From the NCBI GenBank assembly GCA_013239625.1, contig MU054323.1:9765186-9829185 (forward strand): a stretch of DNA of 64,000 nt, written 5' to 3'. This document shows, piece by piece, positions 38,405 to 52,129 of this stretch. The translations under genes were made by a program, and so were the position numbers. The DNA comes from Lama guanicoe. Its lineage: Eukaryota. A model generated the notes under the pieces. It was not told the origin of the DNA. It saw nothing but the letters and a program-made list of their open reading frames with translations, and did no database searches. Each line of letters begins with the position of its first letter. The first letter of the stretch is position 1.

Positions 38405-40785
38405 TAGGGATTGCCACAGTTTTTGGATTACGCACTTGCAAAAAATGTCAGCATATGTACCACAATATAGAAATTTTTTTAATAAATTATATATACCCAT
38501 TACTGTACTAATATAGTAACCACAAAACATTCACAAAAACAGAAATTTGTAGAGAAGATAAACATGAAATAAAGGTTTTGCTCTTGCTAAAATAGTAGTA
38601 TTTGGGAGGAGGAGAGCATTCTGATTGAATATGTTTCACTATTTTCAAAATCTTGACTTAGAGCTTTCTGATAATGACTATTCCAAGATCTGGTATTAGG
38701 TTAATTTTCTTTCTAAACTTGCTTTCAAAGGTGGTCGTGGCTGGAAAAAAAGATTCCTCACAAAGATGCACTGTTCCAAACAGAAGATGTACCTTGTCAG
38801 CTGTGTTAACTAAATCACTATTCTCATTCAATTGCACAAAGATTTCTGCTAAATGTCACTAGGGAAATCCCCTTCTCCCTAATGTCAATCTTTTTTTTAT
38901 TTTTTAGGGAACTAATTGGAAGGTGTCCCATTTTTTCACAAATGGGTTCACACCCCACTGATGAAGTTGTTTTGGAAATTTCAAACCAGGTTAAAAAAGT
39001 TTTCTTCCTGATTTTTAAAAAATGTACACAGATATGAGAGTCTATGGAGGACGCTCACCTTTGTCAACTGCAGAATCACAGAACAGTCTAACAATTCCAA
39101 ACATCTGTTTTCAAAATCAACTCCCAACCCCACCTTTGTTTTTAAAGGGCACCTTCACTCACCACACTCTACAACTTACTTTCAAAAAGCAATTACTTCC
39201 TCCCCTTTTCCAGGAAATAAGTTTTGGGTTTCTTTTTTCTTTTGGGGGTTTTTTTTTTCTTTTTAATATTTGCTAGGTGACATATTACCGACAACCAGTT
39301 GGCATCATAGAAAAGGTCAGCAAGTTTAAAACAGTTGTCTATTGATTTTAAAAATGCATAATTCATCTTCAAGCTTGACGGCTCTTACAAGCACACTGCC
39401 AAAATATTGTCATGGTGACTCCCCATCTCATTACAAAACATTGTAAGGATTCTATTATACTTAGAAACCTGGCTCATAAGGATTACCAAACTGATGATAC
39501 CCTATCTCATTTAGACACTTTTGGCTTTGCCAATCAATAGCGTGTCAATAAATGATACAATGAAAGAATTTCACTGACGGTTCTGTGTTGACGGCTCTCT
39601 TACCCAGGAATCTTTTTATTCTAGTCAAAGCAGTAGCTCTATTAGTGGAAGACACTTTCATGGTTTTTCCAAAGCATTGTTTTTATTAAAGTAGTAATTT
39701 TCTGTTGAGAATATATCTTCACTGGTACACTTCATTTTTTTTAATGGTACACAAACATACAGAGCAACTGTATGTACAGTTCATAACTGAAGCCATCCAA
39801 CATACACCATAGGCTAAGAGATACTGGTTTTTTAAATTGTATTTTATCCAAATGCCCAACACTTTGTAATTTGTTCTAACACTTGGCAATGTTTTCTATG
39901 CATCCTCCAACAGTGGGCACAGACAAGCTTGTACCTATTCTTTCTGCACTGTGTGGTTTCCCTTGTTTTATTTTAGTCACTATGGTATGTGGCTCTTTGC
40001 TAGTAAGAAAACTTTATAAAGGGGGAAAACGTACCTCTAAACATTTATCAGTAAGTTTGGTGAATTTTGTGAAGTGTTCAATTCAGAATGCTATGATTTT
40101 AAACATTGCTTTTAAAAAGTGGAGTGGTTTGCTGACGTGTTACCAAATGCTCAGTTTTTAAATGTCTTGCTAATCCACTTGGCTTCATTTCATTAGCTTA
40201 ATTCTGACTGTACCATAATGCACTTAGGGAGGGGTTTATTATTACTAGGGAGGGGTGCATATAAATCCATACTCAATATAGACTTCTTGATAATTTCAAA
40301 ATCAATGTTTGGGGGGGGTTTATCTTGTTTTGTCTCCTTGTCAGGTCCACTTAGATCATGATTGTTTTCCTTTGACAATGTGGCTTTGAAAAGCCCTTAC
40401 TGTCAGGGCTGTCAGCTCTGCCATTTTTCTTGTTGCTTTAATTTGTCTGACAGCTTGTTGTCAGACAGATTTCAACTCTGGTTCTACTCCTTTCTAACTC
40501 TGTGACCTGGGAGGACCATCGTTAACAGCCCACTGCAAGTAGACAACTGAGCAAGAAGCCACTTTCAGTCTCTCAGTGCTGGTTCACATTGTCACCCCCA
40601 GGAAACCAGTCACACAGTACGTGACCTGTGACACTTGCATGAGAATGCCAGGGTCAATCTACAGATACTGTATTACAAAGGCCAGCTTCTTATTTTTAGG
40701 TTAAAAAGTGCAAATAAGTAGAAAATTTAATATTTTCTTCCACATCCTAATGGGTCTTCCTACATAAATTCTCTTTGGGGATGAG
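38405..40785 (-). mobile_element. Near full-length fossil hAT-Charlie DNA transposon (Charlie7-like) with decayed transposase on the minus strand
   Basis: Minus-strand peptide remnants in the expected order: KQGKPH (~39951-39969), EDIFS (~39703-39722), FHCII (~39551-39565), FCNEMG (~39421-39438), LADLFYD and NWLSVICHLANI (~39265-39324); termini resemble recalled Charlie7 ends. Confidence 0.75.
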
Positions 40786-41574
40786 TCAGTGGAAATGAAT
40801 TGTGTTCCAGGGAGCAACTGATCAAAGAAGCACAGTATTCACTACAACCTATCATTCTAACACTCTTGCAACTCAGCGTGCTTTCCTACATGCAAGAGAG
40901 TGGTCTGAAGTTAAAGCTGGCCTCTGGACTCCTGCTCAATGAGGCATGGGCATGGAGTGTCCTCTGGGGAGTGGGGTTGGGTTATCTGTCCTGGGGAGTG
41001 GATGTTAACAATTAAGAACCACTGAGCTAGACAGAGAAACAGACAAGTCAACAAATGTAGTGAATGCTGGAGTAAAAGGTGCCTACGAGGACCCTCATGA
41101 GATAGAATGAAGAAAAACTCAAGAAGATTTCAGACTAGAAGTAATGGAAACTTTGAGCAAGTTATGAAAGATGGGTAGGGTTTCAGTGGGAGGAAGAAAA
41201 AGCCCTTGCACAGAGTTACAGGATAAATGGCAAAATGTTTGGGGAATATGGAAATATTCAGAGCTGATCAGAAGAAACAGGTAGTGAAATTGGTTAAGGA
41301 CCTGAGATGTACCCTCCTCACATTAACATTGGGCAGTGTTTTCTTAACAGAGGAAGGGAGACTTTTTTTTCTTCCTTGAGAAACAGTGTCTCCTAGTGTT
41401 ACCCTGCTTTATACTTGAGCCTAGGAAATCATGAAGAAACTTGGAAGACATGCTAAGGTTCGTCCAGGGTGCATTTGACAGTATCTCATAGGTAGAAGGG
41501 AAGGATTTGTTTTAAGTAGAGGCGTGGCATGATTAGATACCTTCCCCACCTTTCTTGAGAAGATACTTAGATAT

Positions 41575-41800
41575 AGTCCAAGTTCCACTGACATCAGAAT
41601 CACCTGGAGAGCTTGTAAAAATGTAGATTACTGGGCCCCACCCCAGCTGTTCAGAATCCGAATTTCCAGGGATGCATACAGTCAGCAATTTGTATTTCAA
41701 CAAACTCTCCAGCTAAATTTTTCTCCTGTGTTAATCCATCACCCCACTGTCTCACCTCCACCCCAAATGATTCCAGTACACATTAAAAATTGAGAACAAG
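41575..41800. mobile_element. MER5-like hAT-Charlie MITE
   Basis: catcagaatcacctggagagcttgtaaaaatgtagattactgggccccacccc..ttgagaac. Confidence 0.75.
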
Positions 41801-42249
41801 TACATTATTGGTTTTAGGAAATAACTGTGTGGTTGGTCTGTGAAACAGAATGTGTCAGCAAGTTATTATATTTCTATCTTCGCATTCCTGATGGTTCCCT
41901 AAACTACTCTTAGGTTCAAACTTGAAATTCTGTGTTCATTCCTTTTTTCAACATTAAGCCTATTGCTATTAAAGTGTCTTACTCTTCCCTTCTCCCAGAC
42001 TTCTATCCCTTCTCCTGTACCTAGTTCCCAAGTTCTACATAAATCATGTGATCAAGGCCAAGTGCTTTACTTTTTAACATTATATATCCTCACGACAACC
42101 TCAGAAAGAAGGTAGTATTATTCTCATTTTTTAAATGAGACTGGAAGCTGGACTCTATGAGCTCAGATAACTCATCCACCACTGTGGGTTAGCAAGGAAC
42201 AGAACTAGAATTTGAAATATGTCTGACTTCAAAACCCGGGCTCTTGAAA

Positions 42250-42910
42250 TTAAAAAGACAAATCACAAGAAGTGCTGGGGAGGGTGTGGAAGAACCGGAA
42301 TCTCCACACACAGCTGATGGGTGTGCAAAATCGTACAACCACCTTGGAAAACAGTTTGACTGCTTTTCCTAAGGTTAAATGTACCTTATCACATGACCCA
42401 GTAATATATTCCCATTATTTTTCCAAAGGAAAGACACGTGCACCCACACAATGTGTTGTACAAAAACAATGGCAGCAGTTTTGCTCATAAGAGTCCAACA
42501 CTGGAAACTGCCAAACTGTCCGACAGCAGGTGAATGGGACCAACAAATTGCAGTGTGTCTGTACTACAGGACACTGCTCAGCAGTGAAACAAAATGAACT
42601 ACCGATCCTCACAACACGGATGGATCTCAAAAACATGAAGCCAAGTATCTGAGAGTACACGATCTGTGATTCCATTTATATGAAATTCCAGAAAAGGTAA
42701 AACAGATCTTCAATGACAGGAAGCAGGTGAGTGGACTCCCTGGGCTGGCGCAGGGGCATTGGGTGCAAAAGGGCATGAGGGAGGGAATTCTGGGTGATGG
42801 GGCTATTTTATATCTTGATTGTGATGGGGTTACCTATGTCAAACTCAAATTGTGCACTGAAAACATGTGCATTATAATGTTATACCTCAATAGAGTAGAT
42901 TTTTTTGAAA
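42250..42910 (+). mobile_element. L1MC/ME-like 3' fragment
   Basis: caaccaccttggaaaacagtttg..catgacccag..tgattccatttatatgaaattccagaaaagg..ttatacctcaata. Confidence 0.75.
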
Positions 42911-43743
42911 AAGTGTGCTCTTTCCACTAAATCACACTGCGTCTTTCTCTGGCTCTACCCTAAATCACACACTCTGCCCCAGGCCAAGTAAATGGTGTAA
43001 TGCGCTGTGGCATCTACAAAGAAGGCTGGGGGGCTGCACAGCTGCCCCTGGGGACCAAGTGTGATTTTGATGCAATATCATGCCCAAGGGCATTCCTTTA
43101 CTGAGCTCTAAGTTTACCCTGAGCCCCCATCTAGAGGGCACCGCCTTTGTTTTCTTTGTTATCTGTGCTGAGGCACTGAAAGGCAGGGCCCCCTGAAAAA
43201 CTTCCCCTCACTGGGCTGGAAGAGCAGCCACCACAGAGAGAAGTGCTACACCATGTCCCTCCCCAGGCCCCATCAAGAAACCTAGGGGGAGCCCAAACCA
43301 GGGACAAGGGCAAAGCTGTGCCTACCCTGGCCTCCTTCTAAGTGGCTCTCACACTGAGGAGGGGCTTCTGAAAGAAAAAAGGGAGTGTATCCTTTATCCC
43401 CTGGAACCCAACATTTTTCGCCATCCAGATGCAACTTCAGGTAGCACTTTCCCCTTGACTCCTTCTCTAACTTCTCCCTGCCAGGACCACTGCTCCCTTT
43501 CCAGCCTCTGAATTTGCTTATTACCTTGGCTGCACATGAACAGCTTGATTATATTGCATATGATATTGGCTTTTTTGCTAATTGCTTTGTATACACTTCC
43601 TTAACGTCTCTGAGCAAACAGTTTTTTACTGCTGTTTTCACAGGACAATGGTGTTGTACTGATGGACTGATTAATCCCATCTTTACCTCTGGACCAGGGC
43701 CCAGGATAAATCCCATGCTTTGCCCCCCTAAAATGATGTAGCC

Positions 43744-46610
43744 ATACCACAGAAATATAAAGGACTGTAAGAGACTACTATGAACAATTATACACCAACA
43801 AATTAGACAATCTAGAAGAAACTGATAAATTTCTAGAAACATAAAACCTACCAATGCTAAATAATGAGGTAATAGAAAATCTGAACAGACTGGTTACTAA
43901 TTCAGAGGAGATTTGAATTAGCAATCCAAAACCTTCCAACAAAAAAATTCTACCAAACATCTAAAGAAGAACTAACACCAATCTTTTTGAAACACTTCCA
44001 AAAATAGAAGAGGGGACACTTCCAAACTCATTTTATGAGGCCAGCAATACTCTGATACTAAAGCCAGACAAGGACACTATAAAAAAAACTTCAGGCCAAT
44101 ATCCCTGATGAACATGGATGCAAAAATCCTCAACCAAATATTAGCAAACTGAATTCAACAATACATTTAAAGGTACATGCACCACAATCATGTAGAGTTT
44201 ATTCTAGGATTCAAGGACAGTTCAACAACCACAAAATCAATATGACACACCACATTAATAAAATGAGGGATAAAAATCGTTTGTATGACATCTCAGTAGA
44301 TGCCAAGAAAGTATTTGACAAAATTAATCAACATTTTATGATTAAAAACTCTCAAACTCTGTATAGATGGAACATACATCAAAATAATAAATGCCATATA
44401 TGACAAGCCCACAGCTAACATCAGACTCAATGGTGAAAAGCTAAAAGCTTTTCCTCTAAGATAAGGAACAAGACAAAGATGTCCGCTCTCACTACTTTTA
44501 TTCAACATAGTACTAGAAGTCCTAGATAAGACAATTGGACAAGAAAAAGAAACAAAAAGCCTCCATGTTGGAAAGGAAGAAATAAGTTTCTCTTTTTACA
44601 AATGATGATATTTTATGTACAAAACCCTAAAGATTCCATCAAAACCCTGTTAGAATTTATAAATAAATTCAATACAGTTGCAGAGTACAAAATCAACGTT
44701 AAAAAATTAGTTGCATTTCTATATGCCAACAATGAACTATCAGAAAGAGAAATTAAGAAGAATTTTATTTACAATAGCATCAAAAAGGAAATACTTAGGA
44801 AAGAATTTAATCAAGGGAGTAAAAGATCTGTACATTGAAAATCATAAGATACTGATGAAAGAAATTAAAGAAGACACAAATAAAAAGATATTCCATGCCA
44901 TAGAGTTGAAGAATTAATATTATTAAAATGTCCTACTGTCCAAAGCAATCTTCAGATTCATTTCAATCCCTATCAAAATTCAGTGGCATTTTTCACAAAA
45001 ATTGAAAAAAAATCCTAAAATTTGTATGGAACCACCAAATACCCTAAATTGCCAAAGCAATACTGAGAAACAGGAGCAAAACTGGAGGCACACACTTCCT
45101 GACTTCAAACTATATTACAAAGCTAGAGTAACCAAAACAGTGTGGTATTGGCATAAAAACAGACACATAAATCAATGAAACAAAACATAGAGCCCAGAAA
45201 TAAACCCATGCATATATGGTCTATTAATTTATAACAAAGGAGCAAGAATGTACAATGGGGGAAAATAGTCTCTTTTTAAAAATGGTGTTGGGAAAACTGG
45301 ATAGCCACATGCAAAAGAATGAAAAAAAAAAACTCAAAATGGATGAAAGACTTGAACATAAGAACTGAAACCACAAAACTCCTAGAAGAAAACAGAGGGT
45401 AAATTCTCTGACACTGGTCTTAGCAATGATTTTTTTTTGATTTGACACCAGAAACAAAGGCAATGAAAGCAAAAGCAAACAAGTGGGATTATATCAAGCT
45501 AAAAAGCTCCTATACAAAAAGGAAACTATCAACAAAAGGAAAAGGCAACCTATGGAATGGAAAAAATACTTGCAAACCATGTATCGATAAGAGGTTAATA
45601 TCAAAAATATTCAAGGAACTCAAACAACTCAATAGCAAAAACAAAACAAAAAACCTCAAATAACCTAATGTAGAAGTGGGCAAAGAATCTGACTAGACAT
45701 TTCTCCAAAGAAAGCATACAAATGGTCAACAGGCACATGAAAAGGTGTTCAACATCACTAATCATCAGGAAAACAGAAATCAAAAAAACACAATGAGCTA
45801 TCACTTCACACCTGTTAGGATGGCTGTTATCAAAAAGACAACAGATAACAAGTGCTGGCTGGAATGTGGGAAAAAGGGAACCCTGTACACTGTTGGTGGG
45901 AATGTAAACTTGTAGAGCCACTGTGGAAAACAGTATGGCGGTTCCATAAAAAACTAAAAATAGACTTACCATATGATCCAGCGATCCCACTCCTGGGCAT
46001 ATATCCAGAGGAAAGTATAATTTGAAAAGACACATGCACCCCAATGTTCGTAGCAGTACTATTTACAGAAGCCAAGACATGGGAACAACATAAATGTCCA
46101 CTGACAGATGAACAGATAAGGAAGATGTATATATATACAACAGAATACTACTTGGCCTTAAAAAAGAATGAAATGATGCCATTTGCTGCAGCACTGATGG
46201 ACTTAGAGATTATCATATTAAGTGAAGTAAGTCATACAGAGAAAGACAAACATCATATGATGTCACTTATATGTGGAATCTAAATTTTAAAAAATACATA
46301 TTTTATTTACAAACCAGAAACAGACTTACAGACATAGAAAACAAACTGTGGTGACTGGGGGGAAAGGGAAGGGGAGTGATGGATTAGAAGTTTGGCATTA
46401 ATAGATACACATTACTCTACGTAGAATGGATAAACAACAGGGACCTAATGTATAGCACAGGGAACTATATTCAATTTCTTGTAATAAGCTGCAATGGAAA
46501 AGAATCTGAAAAAAATATATATATATACATATGCATATGTATAACTGAATCTCTTTCCTGTACACATGAAACTAATATTGTAAATTGACTACACTTCAAT
46601 AAAAAATAAG
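43744..46610 (+). mobile_element. 5'-truncated L1: decayed ORF2 (RT region onward) plus lineage-specific 3' UTR and A-rich tail
   Basis: YEASxTLIxKPDKD..FRPISLMNMDAKILN encoded near 44030-44140; multiple frameshifts and deletions; 3' end ..gactacacttcaataaaaaa. Confidence 0.95.
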
Positions 46611-46664
46611 AATTTTTTTAAAAGGCAAAAATTTTTAAATAAAACAACTTGCTTGAGATAGACA

Positions 46665-47410
46665 AAAAAAGAAATTAGAAATAGAACTACCATATGATCC
46701 AGCAATCCTACTTCTGGTATATAGTCAAAGGAAATAAAACCATTATCTCGAAGAGATATTCGTGTTCTTGTGTTCATTGCAACATTACTCACAATAGCCA
46801 AGGTATGGAAACAACCTAAGCGCTTATTGATAATGAATAGATCAAGAAAATGTGGCATATATACATATACATGCTGGAATATTATTCAGTCTTAAAAAAG
46901 GAAGAAAATCCTGTCATTTGTGACAACGTGGACAAAACTGGAGGGCATTATGCTAAGTGAAATAATCCGGACAGAGAAAGAAAATATTGCATAGTATCAC
47001 ATATATAGAATCTAGGGGGGAAAAAAACCCCCAAAATTTTAAGGTCAAACTATAAGAAACAGTAGAAAAGCGGTTGCCAGGGGCTGCATGTAGGGGAAAT
47101 CAGGAGAAGCTGCTAAAAGGGTACAAACTTCCAGCTTTAAAATGAAGAAAGGCTGATGATCTAATGTGTAGGATGGTGATTACAGATGATGAGACTGTAT
47201 TGTATAATTGAAACGTGCTAAGAGAATAGAACTTAAACGTTCTCACACATGAAAAAAGGTGAGTATGTGAATTGGTGGATGTGTTAATGTGATGGGGGCA
47301 ATCTTCAAAAAGCACATGTATATCAAATCATCACATTATATACTTTAAATATTTTACAATTTTTTTTGTCAATTATACCTCAATACGTCTGAAAAAATAA
47401 ATTTTAAAAA
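46665..47410 (+). mobile_element. Second, older-type L1 3' UTR (L1MA-like) in tandem
   Basis: aatagaactaccatatgatccagcaatcc..ctggagggcattatgctaagtgaaata..tgtcaattatacctcaata plus A-rich tail. Confidence 0.85.
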
Positions 47411-48252
47411 ATACTATAACTGTAAACCAGCCTTCAGCTCCCACAGACAGCTTCTCATTTACTTTTCTATCGATCAAGTGGTCTGCGTGTGTTTTGTGTC
47501 TGCAAAATCTCAACAGGAATAGAAAGAATTACAAAATATCTCACCTGGTAGCTTAATATAAGATTTCCTTTCTTTCCTAGAATAATCCCCCAAATTTTAT
47601 TGACATAAACTGAATGTAGGCCCTTTTTGCCCTTTGTCAACTGAGAATATATTCCTAAGTCCTCTTACCCAGCAACCACTTGAAAACAGCCTAGTGAAAC
47701 CAGAGACCTGCCCAGTTTCAAACCTGGCAGTGAATTTGAGTCTACTCGGGTAACTCACATGTAACTGATAGAGATGGGTGGAAGAGTGAAGGCTCCCAGT
47801 TAGTGTTTCTGTTGTAACCTCAGATAGGGTCTGGGATGGGATGCACTGATGTCTTGAAAGTACTGTGGCTTTGACCCTGGCATGTAGAGTCACGAGCCTG
47901 GCCAGATTGGATAGGGTATCTACCAGAGCAAAGGCAGGTCGGCGTTGACAACAGACATCAAGGGAAAAACTAGAGAACATGCATCCTCAACATGGCAAGG
48001 ACAACAGTGAGTGGGTTAGTCAGACAGGCAAGGCGTTCAGGGCTAAGGAGGTGAAGGACAGGGCAGGGAGCAAGGGAGGCCACAGTAGATGCTTTGGGAG
48101 GAAGACAAACAAGATGAACACGGGTGGTAGATATCCAGGTGGAGAAACCCTGAAGGGCCAGTCTTATTTTGCTTCCCAGGGAGGCTGCATCTTTGGAGGC
48201 TCTTTCAAAAACCTGTCCTTTCTTAATAAAATGATGGCACATCAAGAGTGGC

Positions 48253-48440
48253 TAGAGTTGCCACATAACACACAGGACACTCAGTTAAATTTGGATTTCA
48301 GATAAGCAACCAATGATATTTTAGTGTAAGTACGTCCTATGCAATATTTGGGATATACTTACACCAAAAAAAATTATCCATCACTTATCCAAGATTTAAA
48401 TTTAACTGCGCATCCTGCCTTCTTAAATCTGTCAAACTTA
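48253..48440. mobile_element. MER53 palindromic MITE
   Basis: tagagttgccacataacacacaggacactcagttaaatttggatttcagataag...cttatccaagatttaaatttaactgcgcatcctg..aatctgtcaaac; the arms are inverted complements; matches the recalled MER53 consensus. Confidence 0.85.
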
Positions 48441-48964
48441 GAAGAGCCATATAATTTTCCTCGTCAAAGAAAATGGTTGTGTGAGAATCACATCCTGACA
48501 GAAATCTCTCCTTCCTCAGCAGTAAGATCTGAGTGTAGACATAGTGAAAATAGAAGGAAGCAAAGGAGAGAGGATTTGAAGGGAGCAAACAGGAGCATTA
48601 GGAGATTGGAGAGAGAACAGCAGAGGTAGGAAAAGAAAAACTAAAGTGAGATTCAAGATGTAGAAAGGGGACAGAAATGTCCAAATGATGCCAGCCTTAA
48701 AGGGTATTGAGTTACTTGCAGAGGGAGGCAGTAAACACAGGCTTCAACTCTGAGCAAAGTAAGCTGACACTCTTCCAAATAGAAGAGGGAGCCAGCAGAA
48801 CGAGTGAGGTCAAGCAGAACAGCCTGAGCTCAAGGAGAGAAGGGTAGCGTGCAGGATATGTAACCCTGGACAAGCTACTTAAACTTTCTGAGCCTCATTT
48901 TCTCAGCTGTAAACTGGAGACTGTAAAACAGTTAGGGTTTTATACCCTAACTCTTGCACATGTA

Positions 48965-49420
48965 TCACTATAGATTTGTTTGACCTTTTCCAGAATTTCA
49001 TATAAATGTAATCAGAGTCTGTGCTCTTCGATATCTCAATTTTTCCGTTAAAAAAAAAAAGTCCTCCATGTTATTCTTTTTCATTGCATTCTTTTTCATT
49101 GCTTAGTAGAGTAGTATTCCTTTATATGGACATGCCACAACTTATTTCATTCACCCGTTGTTGGATATTTTGCTAGTTTCTAGGTGGGGATTAGTGTGAA
49201 AAAGCCTACCAAGTCTTTGCGTAGATGTGTGTTTCATTTCTGTTGGATAAATACCTAGCAGTGAGATTGCTGGCTCATGTGGTAATGATCCACCTAACTT
49301 CAGGAGGAACAGCCAAGCTTCTTTCCAAAGTGGTTGTACCAGTTTGCATGCCCATCAGCAGTGTATAAGGATTCCATTCTTTCTACATCCTCACCAACAC
49401 TTATTATTGGTCTTTCTAAT
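48965..49420 (-). mobile_element. Old L1 3' fragment
   Basis: ttccagaatttcatataaatg..ggataaatacctagcagtgagattgctgg..ttccaaagtggttgtaccagtttgca..catcctcaccaacactt. Confidence 0.8.
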
Positions 49421-50387
49421 TTCAAGAGCACAGATTTTTGAAGAACTTCAAATTCTTGTTCCTTCACTTGTTAACCTCATAACCCTGGATAAGTCATCTG
49501 GTCTTATTGAATCTAGTTTCCTCATTTTCAAAAGAAGAATATTTATAAAATGAAGTTTTATGTGACAAATGAAATTATTTAGCACATCTAATTACATCCA
49601 CATTGTATTTATTCAGTTAGTTTCAATTCTAAAGACTCATATGCCCAAAGTTCTAATTTAAGAGACCTATCCTGATGCCTTTGTATAAAAATTACCTGAA
49701 ATCAGGTGTAGCCTGATGCCATGTGTTCACCACATTGATCAGGTAGAGCTGTTAGGTCTGCCTTCACACCTGCCTCCAGGTAGAAAGGGGAGGAGCTTAC
49801 CCTCCAAATCAGGGTGTTTACACTCACTCTCCTGGAGCTTTCTCTCCAGCACTGGATAACTGACTAATGACTCCAAGTCCTATTATTTCCCCAATTTCTT
49901 TAACCGTCTGAACCATAGATACTTCATATGTAGAATGCAGCTTATGATTCTTATGACACAGTATTATCATTGAAGATCAGCACTTAACGAACTGTAAGTG
50001 CTACACAAATGGCATTTTTACTTAGAGAGGGTGAAAAAAAGATGATACACACATAGAGACCTTCTTAAAACTAATCAAGTGGAGAACACAAGTCCTTCTT
50101 GTCAGCTTTCCTAGCCACATTGGATACGATGGGTTTCTGTGCCAATGGGCAGTTGAGGAAGTTCATTACAGGAGAGGCCAGCATCCCAGTATTCCTATTT
50201 GGCACAGGAGAGAGGGAAACAGACCATCAGAGGCCAGGCCAGGGAGAGGCAGACAAGGTATTGACCCCTGGCAATCCCGATTCAGTTGGGCTGAGGTGAG
50301 CTCCAGGGACCTCCAAGTAACCAAGATTCTCAGCTGATTCTGATACATAGGCTTCGGAATTATAGACTAATAGTTCTCAAAATATCA

Positions 50388-50575
50388 TCCTCTGACCACT
50401 AGCATCAGCATCACGAGGGAACCTAATAGAAATGCAAACCCCCAGGTCCCATCCCAGGGACTATTCATCCCAGGTCTATTCGGTAAGAAACTCTGGAGGT
50501 GGGACCCGGCAATCTGTGTTTTAGAAAGTCCTCCAGGTAACCCAGATCAACGTCCAGGTTTGAGAACCATTGTTG
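50388..50575. mobile_element. MER5A-like MITE
   Basis: agcatcagcatcac..agaaatgcaaa..agaaactctggaggtgggacccggcaatctgtgttt..tttgagaaccattg. Confidence 0.8.
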
Positions 50576-52129
50576 TAGATCAATGACCATTAAGGACTTC
50601 CCAATACAGAAAGGCTGAGGCCAGAGTGGGAGAAACAGCAAGGGAGCAGATTCCATACAGAAAAATCAGGGAGTGTTGCTCGGTCCAGCCCAGCTGGCTG
50701 TGGTCACACATACGTGATACCTGATCTAAAGGGGCAACAGGGACTGACAGCCCCCTACTCCACTCTGTCCCTCTGGTTCCTGCTCGTTTGGGTGAACAGG
50801 TAGTGGGCAGAGAAAGGCTGGGGTCCCTGGGTTTTGTTGATCTTTTATTCTGAATTTCAGTATAGTTTGGTACATTGAAAGGGAGAGGCTGCCAACCCGA
50901 GTGTACAAGACTCCAAACACTAGTTTGAAATATGTTAGACTGCAATGACCGAGCTTTAAAAGGGCATTAAAAAAAAAAAAAAGACTGGGAGGAGACACGC
51001 CAAATTAGAGGTGGAAGGGTGGGCTAACCTTAAAACCACAATGCTGCTTGGCTCAGGTTTCTAACCTAACCGCTCTGTCTTCTAGCACACTTGTGATGAG
51101 GGAAAAGGCCAGGACCTCAGTATAGAAGCAGAAAATATTGTAAGTGTGGCCCAGCTGAGCAAAAGTTGGACTAAGTTCCCCCAGTGTTCCAGGGAAATGT
51201 TAACATGTGTGCCAAGGCCAAAAAAAAGGGGGGGGTCAAAAAAGTTTAGGAAACTTTGTTTTTAATAGCTTTCCCCTGGAAATTCACATTACTTATTTGC
51301 ATATTAAAGGTGCTGAAAATTCCTGTAATAACGGAACCTGGGTCGCTTCATTTGATCCAGTATTCCCATCTTTACTGAGCACAGACCTTTCGATCTTGAC
51401 ACACTCAGAAGCATCATACGAAACAGTGTTCTGCAGAATGTCAGCTTGGGAAACATAACTCTACAAAAATTATCAGTCAGAGACATCCTTGGTAGCCACC
51501 TCTTGGTTCTCTCACTGTGGTCCAGCGGCCTGCTTGCCTTCTGCCGTGGATTCAGACCAACACAAACACTGAAACCTAGTTTTGTCTTGAACAGGAAGTC
51601 TAAGAACAGCCTCTGCTTTATGCAACCCTAGTTAGTGTCAAGCTCCAGTTTTGGTCTCTTGCCTAGACTTTTTTCCCCCAGACTGTTGCCAGACATGAGT
51701 CCGTGACAATTCTTCCCCAGAATTCTGGGTTCTCAAAACTCAGGCTTTGGACCTGACCTGTCTGCCCCAGCTCTTCCAGACCTGAGCCTGGCCTGCAGGT
51801 GGCTACCCTCTGCCTGTTGCTCTCCACATCAGCTATCTCTGGGCATGACCTTGGACCTGCTGGTTTCCAGTACCTGTGTCCTTCCCTCTAGAAGCATTCC
51901 TGCCCCTCCCCTGGGTGTTTCATGTCCTGTTCTCACTCAGGTGCCAACTCAGCTCCCAGGCACTCTGGTTAATTTTCAGATGTTTTTGTAAAGAGTTGCA
52001 TTCGGGGGTAATAAAATAAGGAATGACAGCTACTGGTAATAAATGTGCCAGGGCTTGGATGGCATGCCCCATCTGAAGGTTCTCTGCTGGTTGGTGACAC
52101 TATGTGCAAGGCAGGTGACCACCATAGTG

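Noticed and set aside
43744..46283. Reverse-transcriptase-like ORF fragments as a novel RT system
   Set aside because: Ordinary decayed, 5'-truncated L1 ORF2 with frameshifts
51140..51460. Possible additional hAT-Charlie fragment, and possible old LTR near 59800-60600
   Set aside because: Too degenerate to assign family or boundaries by eye
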